Position numbers and translations under genes: made by a program. From Achromobacter sp. (lineage in GTDB: Bacteria; Pseudomonadota; Gammaproteobacteria; Burkholderiales; Burkholderiaceae_B): 54,155 bases of DNA. Shown here in pieces: positions 19,934 to 30,610 of this stretch (within the stretch, counting starts at the first letter, position 1; each line of letters starts with the position of its first letter). Under the pieces are notes generated by a model, which saw only the letters and a list, made by a program, of their open reading frames with translations, was not told the origin of the DNA and did no database searches. Location of the stretch: positions 1-54,155 of the forward strand of contig NZ_DATCUY010000062.1 of NCBI RefSeq assembly GCF_036567245.1, written 5' to 3'.

Positions 19934-21849
19934 GCCGCTTGCTTGCGCGAGCCGTAATGCAGGCGCTTCAGATGGATCAGCAGCAACGAAATTGCAGCGG
20001 GGGTTACGCCGGAGATGCGCGCGGCCTGGCCGACAGTCTCCGGCCGGTGGGTCTTGAGCTTCTGGCGCACTTCGAACGACAGGCTGGTCACCGCGTCGTA
20101 ATCGACATCGGCGGGGATGGCCTGTTGCTCATGCGCGATCTGTTTCTGGACTTCGACCTGCTGGCGGTCAATATAGCCGGCGTACTTCACCTGGATTTCG
20201 ACCTGCTCGGCCAGCACCTCGTCCGCCGCCACGCCAGGGCCAGCCAACAGCGAGCCGTCGGCGTTGCGAGCAGCCATCAAGGCTTCATAGGACACACTGG
20301 GCCGTTTCAGTAAATCTGCAAGTGAGTACTCACGTTCAATCGCCTTGCCCAGCAACGGCTCGGCCACTTCCGCCGGCAACAGACGCGGATTCACCCAGGA
20401 GGATTTCAGGCGTTCGACTTCGGTAGCCACGGCGTCGCGCTTCCGATTGAAGGCGTCCCAGCGCGCATCGTCGACGATGCCAAGACGGCGGCCGATCTCC
20501 GTCAGACGCAGATCGGCGTTGTCTTCACGCAGGCTCAAACGGTACTCGGCCCGAGAGGTGAACATGCGGTAGGGCTCGGTCACGCCGCGCGTGACCAGGT
20601 CGTCCACCAATACGCCCAGATAGGCCTCGTCCCGCCGCGGGGTCCATTGCTCGCGATCCAGCGCCATCAACGCGGCATTGACGCCAGCCAACAACCCTTG
20701 GGCGGCCGCTTCTTCGTAGCCAGTGGTGCCGTTGATCTGTCCGGCAAAGTACAGGCCGGCGATGGCCTTGGTTTCCAGCGTACTCTTCAATCCACGTGGA
20801 TCGAAGTAGTCGTACTCGATGGCATAGCCGGGCCGCAGGATGTGCGCATTTTCCAGGCCGGGCAAAGAGTGGATCAAGGCTAGCTGCACATCGAACGGCA
20901 GGCTAGTCGACACGCCGTTGGGATAGACCTCGTGCGTGTCCAGGCCTTCGGGCTCCAGGAAGACCTGGTGCGATTCCTTGTCGGCAAAGCGATGAATCTT
21001 GTCTTCGATGGATGGGCAGTAGCGCGGGCCCACCCCTTCGATCACGCCGCTGTACATCGGCGACCGATCCAATCCGCCGCGGATGATGTCGTGGGTGCGC
21101 GCATTGGTGTGGGTGATCCAGCAAGGCAATTGACGCGGATGCATGCTGACATTGCCCATGTAGGAAAACACGGGAATCGGATTCAGATCGCCAGGCTGCT
21201 CTTCCAGGATGCTGTAGTTGATCGAGCGGCCATCGATGCGCGGCGGCGTGCCCGTCTTCAGGCGTCCTTGCGGCAGCTTGAGTTCCTTCAGGCGCTGGCC
21301 CAGCGAGGCAGCGGGAGGATCTCCAGCGCGGCCGCCAGAGTAGTTCTGCAGCCCCACGTGAATCAGCCCATTAAGAAACGTACCCGCGGTAAGCACCACA
21401 GACTTCGCCCGGAACTGCAGGCCGATCTGGGTGACGGCACCAACCACACGATCGCCTTCCACCATCAGGTCTTCGACCGCTTGCTGGAACAGCCAGAGAT
21501 TCGGCTGGTTTTCCAGGCGGCCTCGGATTGCCTTACGGTACAGCACGCGATCCGCCTGGGCGCGCGTGGCCCGGACGGCCGGGCCCTTCGACCCGTTCAG
21601 GATACGGAACTGGATCCCCGATTCATCCGTTGCCAAAGCCATGGCGCCGCCCAGGGCGTCCACTTCTTTCACAAGGTGGCCCTTGCCGATCCCACCGATG
21701 GAGGGATTGCAAGACATTTGGCCTAGGGTTTCGATGTTGTGCGTCAACAGCAACGTCTGGGCGCCGGTGCGGGCAGCAGCCAGCGCAGCTTCGGTGCCGG
21801 CGTGGCCGCCACCGACGACGATGACATCGAATTCGCGGGGATAGTCCAT
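19930..21849 (-). CDS. mnmG: tRNA uridine-34 carboxymethylaminomethyl modification enzyme (GidA)
   Basis: [31 protein letters not shown] and [13 protein letters not shown]; start at MDYPR. Confidence 0.97.
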   Translation of the reverse strand: MDYPREFDVIVVGGGHAGTEAALAAARTGAQTLLLTHNIETLGQMSCNPSIGGIGKGHLVKEVDALGGAMALATDESGIQFRILNGSKGPAVRATRAQADRVLYRKAIRGRLENQPNLWLFQQAVEDLMVEGDRVVGAVTQIGLQFRAKSVVLTAGTFLNGLIHVGLQNYSGGRAGDPPAASLGQRLKELKLPQGRLKTGTPPRIDGRSINYSILEEQPGDLNPIPVFSYMGNVSMHPRQLPCWITHTNARTHDIIRGGLDRSPMYSGVIEGVGPRYCPSIEDKIHRFADKESHQVFLEPEGLDTHEVYPNGVSTSLPFDVQLALIHSLPGLENAHILRPGYAIEYDYFDPRGLKSTLETKAIAGLYFAGQINGTTGYEEAAAQGLLAGVNAALMALDREQWTPRRDEAYLGVLVDDLVTRGVTEPYRMFTSRAEYRLSLREDNADLRLTEIGRRLGIVDDARWDAFNRKRDAVATEVERLKSSWVNPRLLPAEVAEPLLGKAIEREYSLADLLKRPSVSYEALMAARNADGSLLAGPGVAADEVLAEQVEIQVKYAGYIDRQQVEVQKQIAHEQQAIPADVDYDAVTSLSFEVRQKLKTHRPETVGQAARISGVTPAAISLLLIHLKRLHYGSRKQAA

Positions 21850-21904
21850 GATGGGGGGAGAGATAAGAAAGCGTTCGGTGCTCATTATAGAGGCAGGGAT
21901 TGCA

Positions 21905-23252
21905 TGTTTCACGTGAAACATGCTTCGGCGCAGCATGGTGCATTCAAGGGCTGAAGCGCCGTAGGCAAAAGACAACGAGACAGAACCTCTGCGGATGAAT
22001 ATGTCGGCATTTGCTACCGCTTTGCCTATTGGGTTTCACGTGGAACATTGCATAGCTACCGCGACGCCAGCAGCTGTGTTGATTGATGGACACCTTCAGA
22101 GGATTGACCGCAGCCTACGTGCATCTCTTGTGGAGGCCTACCCTCGGCGCATGCGCGAGTGAGATTTCCACCGATCACGCGATATGTTCCACGTGAAACA
22201 TTTTGGGAGATCCAGATGGCGGTCCGCCCGAGAGAGAAAGCTCCAGTGATGGCTTCGGTGGATGAAGACATGACACGATCGGTCAGAGACACGCCGTATC
22301 ACCGTCGGCAAGATCGCTTCTTTCAGCACAAGCCGCCGAATGTTCCACGTGAAACATACTCTGCCTGCGACTTCATGGAGAATCTGCCCGGCATTACGAT
22401 GGTCCCGATGGGTCAGTATTTGAGTCCTGTATTCCTAAATGGCTTACGACAGGCTAGGACATACGGAGAAGCCAAGGGAGATGTTAGGCGCTCACCTTCA
22501 ACCTGCCGCTCTTCATCGATGTTTCACGTGGAACATTGGTACTCCTGGGACACATGCGCGATGTTTCACGTGGAACATCTCACAGCAACGGAACGGGGCA
22601 GTAGACGGAACCTGAAAGTGGCCTCAGATGTGTTCCACGTGAAACACGGAATGGACTCTGGCCTCGCAAAGAACCAGAATTTGCCACGTCAAAACTAATC
22701 CTCATAACTGAAGAAGCAACACGACACTCGAATTGTCTCGCCCGACTCCATCAACGACTGTTCCAAATTTCATAGAATTCACTCAAGAAAAAAAGCAATT
22801 TTTCTACCCCTACCCTACCCCTTGCCCAGAAAAAGACTATTTTTTTGATTCACGTGAAACCAGACCGCCCAAGGACATCACGATTGCACCCTTGTCGTTA
22901 ACCAATATAAAGATTTTCGACTCTGGGATGAGCCACAATTCTGAGCCAGCGAGCCGCCAAGTCAGGCCCACAGCAATGCAATCCCTTTGAGGACCTGAGT
23001 GAAACCTGGCTAGGAACTGAAACATGCAACGTCCGTAAAATCTGAACGCGAAGGCATGCATACGCCATCGCAACGGAGGCTGTCTCCAAGCAGGCTGGAT
23101 ATGGAATGGTGGTTGGATTGCCGAAAAATCTTTCGCGCGTGCGTCATGAACCGATCTAAACATCTGGCCACGACCGCTATTGAATTCTGCACAGCGTTAT
23201 CAACAGCTAGTAAATCCGATAGCTGCCGACATCCGCCGTTTCACGTGGAACA
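21905..23252. repeat. parS: Array of nine parS centromere sites (TGTTNCACGTGAAACA type)
   Basis: 16-mers start at 21905 (perfect TGTTTCACGTGAAACA), 22032, 22185, 22341, 22520, 22562, 22631, 22846 (degenerate) and 23237, all upstream of the parAB operon. Confidence 0.92.
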
Positions 23253-24295
23253 ACTCTGGGGATAAGTCACCGAGAGCGGCGCGGGTCTGCAGCAAACATG
23301 AGCGCGTTTAATCAGAACAGCAAAGTGCAAAGAATCTTGGAAAAGCACAAATGCGCAACACTGTTCCCTATGGCAGCAATCGATTATTTCTATTCAGGAT
23401 GCTTGCCAGGCTTTGGCCACGCGCAGTTCAGGAAAAGTCAGGTGGGCGCGAAAATCCGTGGAAAACTTTGTGGATAAGCTAACCCCACCACCCAACAAGT
23501 ATTCGAAAAGTGGGCGTGGCAATCGCTGCCCTTGAAACTCGCCAGGAACTCTGCCGGCCTGTTCCAGTCAAAACGCAGCAGAAATTTGTGAAAGCGGATT
23601 ATCCACAAATCTATCCACACGCCTCCGTCCTACGGTCCACCGCTACGCAGAAGCCGCGGACGAAGCGGGGCAGATTCTTTGACCAGACAAGTATCTTGCA
23701 CCGCCAGGGAAGGATTCACCATCATCCTTATGGGCGATCACCTATTTTCATGTGAACCGCTGTGGAAAACTCGCCGACCGTAATTTGCGCCGAAACCAGC
23801 TCCATCTGAGGGTCACCGGAATCGACCTCCACCGATGTGTTCCCCTGCCTCGTCGGGGTTCGGAGATCTTCCAACAAACGTCATCTTTCCTACCCTATCC
23901 TCATTTCTATCCACAGGCAGATGGGCTGCGGCAGGGCGCCAAATGATGTAATTCTGTGCATAACCGGGATGGGGATATCTTTGTGAACAACCACCGTCGG
24001 CGCTGTTAAAAACACGCAAGAGCGGGCCGTAGAGATTATGGTCAGGCGAATCTGTCCTGCCCTCGAACCCGCCCTGAAACCGCGTTAAATGCCTGTATTC
24101 CCTAGGGAAAGGCCATGTTTAAACATAAACATCGTCAGTTAGCCTGGATATGCCAAAGCGTGCTCGCGGCTAGGCAGCATCGTTCGAAGGAACCCGGGAT
24201 AACTGTGCAAAACTCGGCGACGGATAGACTGTTGCTTAATTGCTGAGCATGAAAATACACATGCCCAAAAATAATTATCCACAAACTTATCCACG
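23185..24295. promoter_or_regulatory. DnaA-box cluster in a non-coding region
   Basis: Perfect boxes at 23469, 23599 and 24275. TTWTNCACA-consensus boxes at 23761, 23955 and 24204. Near matches at 23185, 23197, 23257, 23457, 23611, 23907 and 24287. Confidence 0.8.
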
Positions 24296-24365
24296 GATGG
24301 AGAATATGTTAGTGAATACTAACTATTCGATTGGAGCTGGCGAATAAAGCTCTCGCCCAAATGAA

Positions 24366-24400
24366 ACAACGCCCCAGACCGGAAGGTCTTGGGGCGTTGT
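24366..24400 (-). terminator. Rho-independent terminator of csp
   Basis: ACAACGCCCCA...GGGGCGTTGT stem followed by TTCATTT on the minus strand. Confidence 0.7.
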
Positions 24401-24443
24401 AGCCAGGTCGAACCTGGCAGACGGGAAATTGGGATTTCCCGAT

Positions 24444-24650
24444 TTAGAGCGGGCGAATTTCGGCCGCTTGAGGTCCTTTCGGACCATCCTTGACTTCGAA
24501 TTCGACTTCCTGGCCCTCGTTCAGGCTGCGATAGCCGCGGCCCTGGATGGCGGAAAAGTGTGCGAAAACATCGGTGCCACCAACGTCCGGCGTGATGAAA
24601 CCGTAACCCTTGTCAGCGTTAAACCACTTAACTTTGCCCTTCTGAGCCAT
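24444..24650 (-). CDS. Cold-shock protein (CspA family)
   Basis: GKVKWFN, KGYGFI (RNP1) and VFAHF (RNP2). Confidence 0.96.
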   Translation of the reverse strand: MAQKGKVKWFNADKGYGFITPDVGGTDVFAHFSAIQGRGYRSLNEGQEVEFEVKDGPKGPQAAEIRPL

Positions 24651-24882
24651 TTTTTCTAGCGTCCTGTAATTAACTCGAAATGCAATGAATCAAGGACGCC
24701 GTGAGAACTGAACGACCGGTAGTGGTACCTGCGTTGTTGCTGCGTTCCCGCTTGCCGCCTAGCTGCAGAACGAGTCCGCACGCTGCTTGAATCAACTGCG
24801 TAATCAGCATACTCAGCACGCATTACAGGCTCATATTGTTGTTTACCCCAATGTCGTATTTTTAATACTGGATCTCGTTCCG

Positions 24883-25917
24883 CTAGGCCCTGCGGCTCTG
24901 CCGGCGCGCCAAGAAAGCGTAGATCGGTCCCGTCACGATCACGACAAAAACCATGCGCATGACGTGGAATGCGGTGACTACCGGAACGCCCAGCTGCAGC
25001 ACCTTGGCCGTGATGGCCATCTCGGCGATGCCGCCCGGCGTAGTGCCTAGAATCAGTGTGGGGATGGGCGCAGCGGACCACAGCGACAGCAAAGCGCCCA
25101 GGCCGAATGCGAGCGCCAACGCGGCCACGGTGAAGCCCGCCACCGCCGCGATGAAACGCGGCGCGGCGCGAAAGAAATCCGGCCGATAGCGGTCGCCCAG
25201 CGACCAGCCGATCAGCAACTGGCCTATCTTCGGCACATAGTCCGGCAGGGCCGACAGTTCGATGCCGTTGGTCGTGAGTATCATGGCGACCAGCATGGGA
25301 CCCAGCACCCAGGGATTAGGTAGACGCAGCTTCATGAAAGCCGTGCCGCCTGCGCAGGTCAGCGCAACCAGCCCCGCCAGTCCCCAACCATGGACCACCT
25401 TGGGCCCGGGCACCGTGGGATCCAGGCCCGCGACGCCCCACCATTGAAAGATGAAGGGCACGGTGACCACCACCATCAGCACGCGCACGCTATGCGCCGT
25501 TGCTACGCGGTCTATGCGGGCTCCATGACGTTCGGCCAGGTTCGCCATTTCACTGGCGCCGCCGATCGCCGAAGAAAACCAGGCCGTCTTGAAATCGACG
25601 TCGGTGTAGCGGCGCAGAATCGCCGTGCCCATGAATGCCAGGCCTAGCGCAAACAGCATGCCGACGATGATAGGCCCCGCATTGCTGCCGATGTGGCCTA
25701 TCACCTGCGACGTGAAGTACAGACCCAGGGAAGTTCCAATCACCCACTGGCCGGCATTGCGCGCGGGCCTGGGGCACGCAGTGCCCAGACCCGCGATGCG
25801 CGTGGCCGCGGTCACCAGTAACGCTCCCAGCATCCACGGCAGCGGAACGTGCGCCCACACCGCCAACAACGCGCCAGCCAGTGCGATCGCCAAACCGCCC
25901 AATACCCTCCACAACAT
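24883..25917 (-). CDS. AbrB-family membrane protein (putative ammonia monooxygenase family)
   Basis: Duplicated membrane domain with PLPWMLG/PNPWVLG and GGASEM/PGGIAEM; start uncertain. Confidence 0.85.
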   Translation of the reverse strand: MLWRVLGGLAIALAGALLAVWAHVPLPWMLGALLVTAATRIAGLGTACPRPARNAGQWVIGTSLGLYFTSQVIGHIGSNAGPIIVGMLFALGLAFMGTAILRRYTDVDFKTAWFSSAIGGASEMANLAERHGARIDRVATAHSVRVLMVVVTVPFIFQWWGVAGLDPTVPGPKVVHGWGLAGLVALTCAGGTAFMKLRLPNPWVLGPMLVAMILTTNGIELSALPDYVPKIGQLLIGWSLGDRYRPDFFRAAPRFIAAVAGFTVAALALAFGLGALLSLWSAAPIPTLILGTTPGGIAEMAITAKVLQLGVPVVTAFHVMRMVFVVIVTGPIYAFLARRQSRRA

Positions 25918-26029
25918 GTTTTGAACCACGATACCGCCGCGCCTTAAGGACATGAGAAAACCGAATTATGAGTTAGTGGGATACTTACGAAAACTCTCTC
26001 TGCTAGCAACGTTCACTCTCGCGTCCACC

Positions 26030-27196
26030 ATGATCCGATCCAAACTCCCCGATGTTGGCACCACCATCTTTACCGTGATGAGCCGCCTGGCCATCGAACA
26101 CAAGGCCATCAACCTGGGCCAGGGCTTTCCCGATTTCGATCCCGACCCCGCCTTGTGCGCCCTGGTAACCAAGGCCATGGCCGACGGCCATAACCAGTAT
26201 CCCTACATGCCAGGGGTCGCGCCGCTGCGCGAAGCTATTGCCGCCAAGACACGCGAGCTCTACGGCCATGCCTACGATCCCGAAACCGAGATCACCGTCA
26301 CCAGCGGCGCGACCGAAGCGCTGATGGCTACCGTACTGGCCGCCGTGGGCAGCGGCGACGAAGTCGTCGTCATCGAACCTTGCTACGACTCCTATCTGCC
26401 GGCGATCCGCCTGGCGGGCGGCACCGCAGTGCCGGTGCCGCTGCGCGCGCCCACCGAAGCCGATCCCTACTACCGCATCGACTGGCAGCGCGTGCGCGAT
26501 GCCATCACGTCGAAAACCCGTCTGTTGATGCTGAACTTTCCGCACAATCCGACCGGCGCGGTGTTGGACGATAGCGATCTGGACGCACTGGAAGCCATCG
26601 TGCGCGACACTGGCGTGTTGCTGGTGTCCGACGAGGTCTACGAACACATCGTGTTCGATGGCAAGCCGCACGCCAGCGTGGCGCGCCGCCCGCTGCTGGC
26701 CCAGCATGCCTTCGTGATTTCGTCCTTTGGCAAGACCTATCACACCACCGGTTGGAAGATCGGCTATTGCTGCGCACCGCGTCAACTCAGCGCGGAACTG
26801 CGCAAGGTGCATCAGTTCATGGTTTTCACCGTGCCTTCGCCCATGCAGTTCGCCCTGGCCGAGTTCATGCGCGATCCCAAGCCGTACCTGGACCTGCCGG
26901 CTTTCTACCAAGCCAAGCGCGATCGCCTGGCACAGGGCCTGGCCAAGACCCGCTTCCGCCCCCTGCCCAGCCCCGGCACCTTCTTCCTGCTGGCCGACTA
27001 CAGCCAGATATCCAGGCAGAACGAAGCCGATTTCGCGCGCGACCTGACGGTGAATCATGGCGTCACGGTGATACCGGTATCGGCGTTCTATCGCCAGCCC
27101 GACGCGCCTGAATCCAACCACCGCATCGTGCGCTTCTGCTTCGCCAAGAAAGACGCGACGCTTGATGCTGCCCTGGAACGCCTGGCCCAGGTCTGA
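26030..27196 (+). CDS. PLP-dependent class I/II aminotransferase (YbdL/methionine aminotransferase-like)
   Basis: TTIFTVMS, INLGQGFPDF, PHNPTG, SDEVY, SSFGKT and RFCFAK. Confidence 0.9.
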   Translation: MIRSKLPDVGTTIFTVMSRLAIEHKAINLGQGFPDFDPDPALCALVTKAMADGHNQYPYMPGVAPLREAIAAKTRELYGHAYDPETEITVTSGATEALMATVLAAVGSGDEVVVIEPCYDSYLPAIRLAGGTAVPVPLRAPTEADPYYRIDWQRVRDAITSKTRLLMLNFPHNPTGAVLDDSDLDALEAIVRDTGVLLVSDEVYEHIVFDGKPHASVARRPLLAQHAFVISSFGKTYHTTGWKIGYCCAPRQLSAELRKVHQFMVFTVPSPMQFALAEFMRDPKPYLDLPAFYQAKRDRLAQGLAKTRFRPLPSPGTFFLLADYSQISRQNEADFARDLTVNHGVTVIPVSAFYRQPDAPESNHRIVRFCFAKKDATLDAALERLAQV

Positions 27197-27324
27197 CGCC
27201 GCCTGCGAAACGCATCATCGCCACTCAGAGATTTCACGCGAATGCTACGCACAAGAGCTTTTTCTGCAAAATATGAATAAAAGCTCGTATTTAAGAGATC
27301 AACTATACGTGTGACTTGATCTAC

Positions 27325-27353
27325 AAAAAAAGGGCGCCCATAAGGCGCCCTTT
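27325..27353 (-). terminator. Rho-independent terminator downstream of tctA
   Basis: AAAGGGCGCC-loop-GGCGCCCTTT with a T-tract on the minus strand. Confidence 0.75.
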
Positions 27354-27418
27354 GCAATTCCCGGCCAAGATCCCGCGACGCGGCCGTTGCCTTCTACAGC
27401 AGCCGCGCCGCCACCGAA

Positions 27419-28945
27419 TCAGACCGGACCAGCGGCAAGCTTTTTCGCAGCGCGCAAGCGGCGCATGATCTGCGGCACGATAACGACCGCAGCCGCGCCC
27501 ACCCACATCGTGATCGACACGGGGCTGGCGAACAGCACTCCTACGTCGCCATCGGTCATCGACAAGGCTCGGCGCAGGTTCTGCTCCATCATGTTGCCCA
27601 GCACCACACCCAGCACCAGCGGAGCCATGGGCACGCCGAACTTGCGCAGGAAGTAGCCCAAGGCGCCGATACCGGCCACCAGCAGCAGGTCGAACGTGCC
27701 TGCATTGATGGCATAGACGCCGATGTAGCTGATGCACAGAATGCCGGGAACCATCAGCCATCCCGGCACCGACAGCACCTTGGAGAAGAAGCGCACCAGC
27801 GGCACGTTCATGATGAACAGCAGCACGTTGGCCACGAACAGCGAAGCGATCAGGCCCCAGACCAATTCAGGCTTGGTTTCGAACAGCACCGGACCCGGCG
27901 TGATGTTGTAGAGCGTCAGCGCCCCCATCATCACGGCCGTGGTGCCCGAACCCGGTACGCCCAGGGTCAACATCGGCACGAAAGACCCGATGGCCGACGC
28001 CGTGGCGGCGGCTTCCGGCGCAACCAGACCGCGCATGTCGCCCTTGCCGAATTTAGCCTCAGGATCCTTGGCTTCGATGATGCGCTTTTCTTGCGAGTAC
28101 GCTACGGCCGCCGCCACGCTTGCACCAGCGCCCGGCAGCACGCCCACGCCAAAGCCCACCAGCGCGCTGCGCACCACGCTCCACCACGTGTAAGCCATCT
28201 CTTTCAAGTTGAAGAGCTTGCGACCGCTGGGCTTGACCTCGACGCTGTGGCCGGCCATTACCTTCTCCAGCATTTCCAGCATCTCGCTGACCGCGAACAG
28301 CGCGATCACGACCACCACGAAGTCGATACCGTCGGCCAGATGCACCGATTCGAAGGTGTAGCGATAAACACCCGAGTTCGCATCCACGCCCACCACCGAA
28401 ATCGACAGGCCTATCATCGCCGCCAGCACGCCCTTGACGGGCTGCTTGCCCAACAGGCTGGTCAGGCAGCAGAACGCGAAAATCATCAGCACGAAGTACT
28501 CGGCCGGCCCGAAAGCCAACGCCCACTTCGCCAGCAACGGCGCCAGCAGAATGATGCCCAGCACCGACACGATAGCGCCGAAGAAGGCGGACCACGCCGA
28601 CAGCGACAGCGCCACGCTGGCCAGGCCCTGACGCGCCAACGGATAGCCGTCCAGCGTCGTCATGATGGCGCTGGCCTCTCCCGGCACGTTCAGCAGGATC
28701 GCGGTTATCCGGCCGCCATACTCGGCGCCCACATACACGGCGGCCAGCAGGATCAGCGCGGTCTCGGGCGGCAGGTTCATGGCGAAAGCGATCGGTATCA
28801 GCATCGCCACGCCGTTGACCGGCCCCAGGCCGGGCAGCACGCCCACCATGGTGCCGATGAACGAGCCGATCATGGCCACCAGGACGTTCGTCAGCGATAA
28901 GGCTACGCCAAAGCCTATCGCCAAATGATCGAGAATGCCGCTCAT
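27419..28945 (-). CDS. tctA: Tripartite tricarboxylate transporter large permease
   Basis: GVLPGLG, EYGG.ITAILLNVPG, TTLDGY and LTLGVPGS; start at MSGILD. Confidence 0.92.
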   Translation of the reverse strand: MSGILDHLAIGFGVALSLTNVLVAMIGSFIGTMVGVLPGLGPVNGVAMLIPIAFAMNLPPETALILLAAVYVGAEYGGRITAILLNVPGEASAIMTTLDGYPLARQGLASVALSLSAWSAFFGAIVSVLGIILLAPLLAKWALAFGPAEYFVLMIFAFCCLTSLLGKQPVKGVLAAMIGLSISVVGVDANSGVYRYTFESVHLADGIDFVVVVIALFAVSEMLEMLEKVMAGHSVEVKPSGRKLFNLKEMAYTWWSVVRSALVGFGVGVLPGAGASVAAAVAYSQEKRIIEAKDPEAKFGKGDMRGLVAPEAAATASAIGSFVPMLTLGVPGSGTTAVMMGALTLYNITPGPVLFETKPELVWGLIASLFVANVLLFIMNVPLVRFFSKVLSVPGWLMVPGILCISYIGVYAINAGTFDLLLVAGIGALGYFLRKFGVPMAPLVLGVVLGNMMEQNLRRALSMTDGDVGVLFASPVSITMWVGAAAVVIVPQIMRRLRAAKKLAAGPV

Positions 28946-29379
28946 ATCAGGGTCTCCAGCAGGCCGCCAGGCAGGACCACGTCCAGCACCTTGTCGAACA
29001 GCACGAAAAAGAAAAGGCTCATGACGACGCCGCCGATGGCGCACTTGATCCAGCCGCCGCCGAACAAGCGGCCGACGAACACTGTCATCAACGAAGTCGC
29101 GATCACAAAACCGAGCCACTGGAACAAGAAGGCATAGGCCACCGTGAACGCCATCATCAGCGCGATGCGGCCATTCGCGCCTGGCGGGTTGGCTTCGACC
29201 TGATGGCCGCCCTTGTAGACCAGCCGCAGGCCGCACAGGCCAATGATCAGCGCCAGCAGCAGCGGAAAGGCGCGCGGGCCCACAGGCTCGTAGGCGAATG
29301 GGGCTTCGATTCCCCAGCCCGCCGCCGTCATGAAGGCGGCAAGCGCAAGCGCCCCAATGCCCAATATTCGATCGTTCAT
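28942..29379 (-). CDS. tctB: Tripartite tricarboxylate transporter small permease
   Basis: VGPRAFP, LGFVIAT and VVLP.G; lies between tctC and tctA. Confidence 0.88.
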   Translation of the reverse strand: MNDRILGIGALALAAFMTAAGWGIEAPFAYEPVGPRAFPLLLALIIGLCGLRLVYKGGHQVEANPPGANGRIALMMAFTVAYAFLFQWLGFVIATSLMTVFVGRLFGGGWIKCAIGGVVMSLFFFVLFDKVLDVVLPGGLLETLI

Positions 29380-29491
29380 GATCACTTTTCCGTTGTAGTC
29401 GCATCGCGCGGCGCAGGGCTTCCCTGCCGCCGCGGCAAAGCCGGCGGCGGCGAAACCCTGACAAACGCGATAAGGAGAAACGCCCTTCGGC

Positions 29492-30490
29492 TTACTTCTT
29501 GATCAGGCCAAAGGAGTCGGCCAGCTCGCCGTAGACCTTGACCTGGTTCTTCACGTAGGCATCCAGCTCGGGACCCGTCTTGTTGAAGGGGAACAGGCCT
29601 TGCTGCTGACGCAGCTTGTCGAACTCGGGCGAGGCCGTGGTCTTGTTGAAGGCGTCGACCCAGAACTGGTAGTCGCTGTCCGACACCTTCGGGCCGACAT
29701 AGAAGCCGCGGATGATCGGCCAGACGATGTCGTAGCCCTGTTCCTTGGCGGTGGGCACGGTGCCCAGCTTGCCCGGCAGGCGCTGATCGTTGAACACGGC
29801 CAGCACGCGGATGGGCGCGCCGCCTTCCAGCATGGTGAAGGCTTCCGCCGCATCGCCCATGTAGGCCTGGATATGGCCGCCGCGCAAAGCCGTCACGGCT
29901 TCGCCGCCGCCTTCAAACGCCACGAAGCGCATCTTCTTGAAATCCACGCCCGCAGCCTTGGCGGTCAACGCGGCCTTCATCCAGTCCTGGCTGCCCACGG
30001 TGCCGCCGGCGCCCAGCACGATCTTGGTCGGATCCTGCTTGAAGGCGTCCATCAGGCTCTTCAGGTCGGTATACGGCGAATCGTTGCGGACCACGGCCAC
30101 GCCATAGTCGGTGCCGATGGCGGCCAGCCAGCGCACGTCGTTGACGTTGTACTTGCCGAACTTGCCCTGGGCCAGGTTCAGCAGCGAACCGCCCGAGAAA
30201 GCCACGATGGTGCCCGGCTCGTTCGGGTGCTGCGCCACGATGTTGTTGTAGGCCACCGCGCCGATGCCGCCAGGCATGTAGACGATGCGCATGGAGGCCT
30301 TGAGCGCGCCGCTGTGCTTCAGGCCTTCGGTGGCCAGGCGGCAGGTCAGGTCGAAACCGCCGCCGGGCTGGGCAGGCGCGATGCATTCCGGGCGGCGCGG
30401 CTCGTCGGCCGCGTGGGCGGCGCCCATGGACAAGGTAATCGCGCCCAGCGCCGCGACGGCGGCCAGGCGCAGTTTCAGACTAGTCTGCAT
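29492..30490 (-). CDS. tctC: Tricarboxylate-binding periplasmic protein
   Basis: ECIAPAQPGGGFDLTC, YMPGGIGAVAYN and GSQDW. Confidence 0.92.
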   Translation of the reverse strand: MQTSLKLRLAAVAALGAITLSMGAAHAADEPRRPECIAPAQPGGGFDLTCRLATEGLKHSGALKASMRIVYMPGGIGAVAYNNIVAQHPNEPGTIVAFSGGSLLNLAQGKFGKYNVNDVRWLAAIGTDYGVAVVRNDSPYTDLKSLMDAFKQDPTKIVLGAGGTVGSQDWMKAALTAKAAGVDFKKMRFVAFEGGGEAVTALRGGHIQAYMGDAAEAFTMLEGGAPIRVLAVFNDQRLPGKLGTVPTAKEQGYDIVWPIIRGFYVGPKVSDSDYQFWVDAFNKTTASPEFDKLRQQQGLFPFNKTGPELDAYVKNQVKVYGELADSFGLIKK

Positions 30491-30610
30491 TTTTTGCGTC
30501 TCCGAGATTTATAGGTCTAGGTATGGCTGGAAGCTCTGCTCAGACGGTTCTTTCCGCGATAACGGCCCCAGTGGACGCAACCGTACAAAAACAAAGCTTT
30601 CCAAAAGCTT

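Noticed and set aside
21905-23252. CRISPR-like interpretation of the repeated palindromes
   Set aside because: The repeats are only 16 bp with irregular 42-391 bp spacing, there are no cas genes, and they match the parS consensus.
23744-23759. Possible tenth parS (ATTTTCATGTGAACCG), and a CACGTG-containing site near 32295
   Set aside because: Both have too many mismatches to the consensus.
22056-24019. Short ORFs in the mnmG-csp gap, e.g. 22159-22698 with repeated VPRET/MFHVEH
   Set aside because: The peptide repeats are translations of parS, codon usage is atypical and no protein motifs are recognisable.
23185-24295. oriC at the gidA-proximal DnaA-box cluster
   Set aside because: The boxes are dispersed over 1.1 kb without a box-adjacent DUE/trio element, and 32810-33055 fits origin architecture better. 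Not fully excluded.
28946-29464. N-terminal extension making TctA 681 aa (likewise the extensions on the 469-aa DppD and 609-aa permease ORFs)
   Set aside because: The extensions overlap real upstream genes in other frames and are longest-ORF artefacts.
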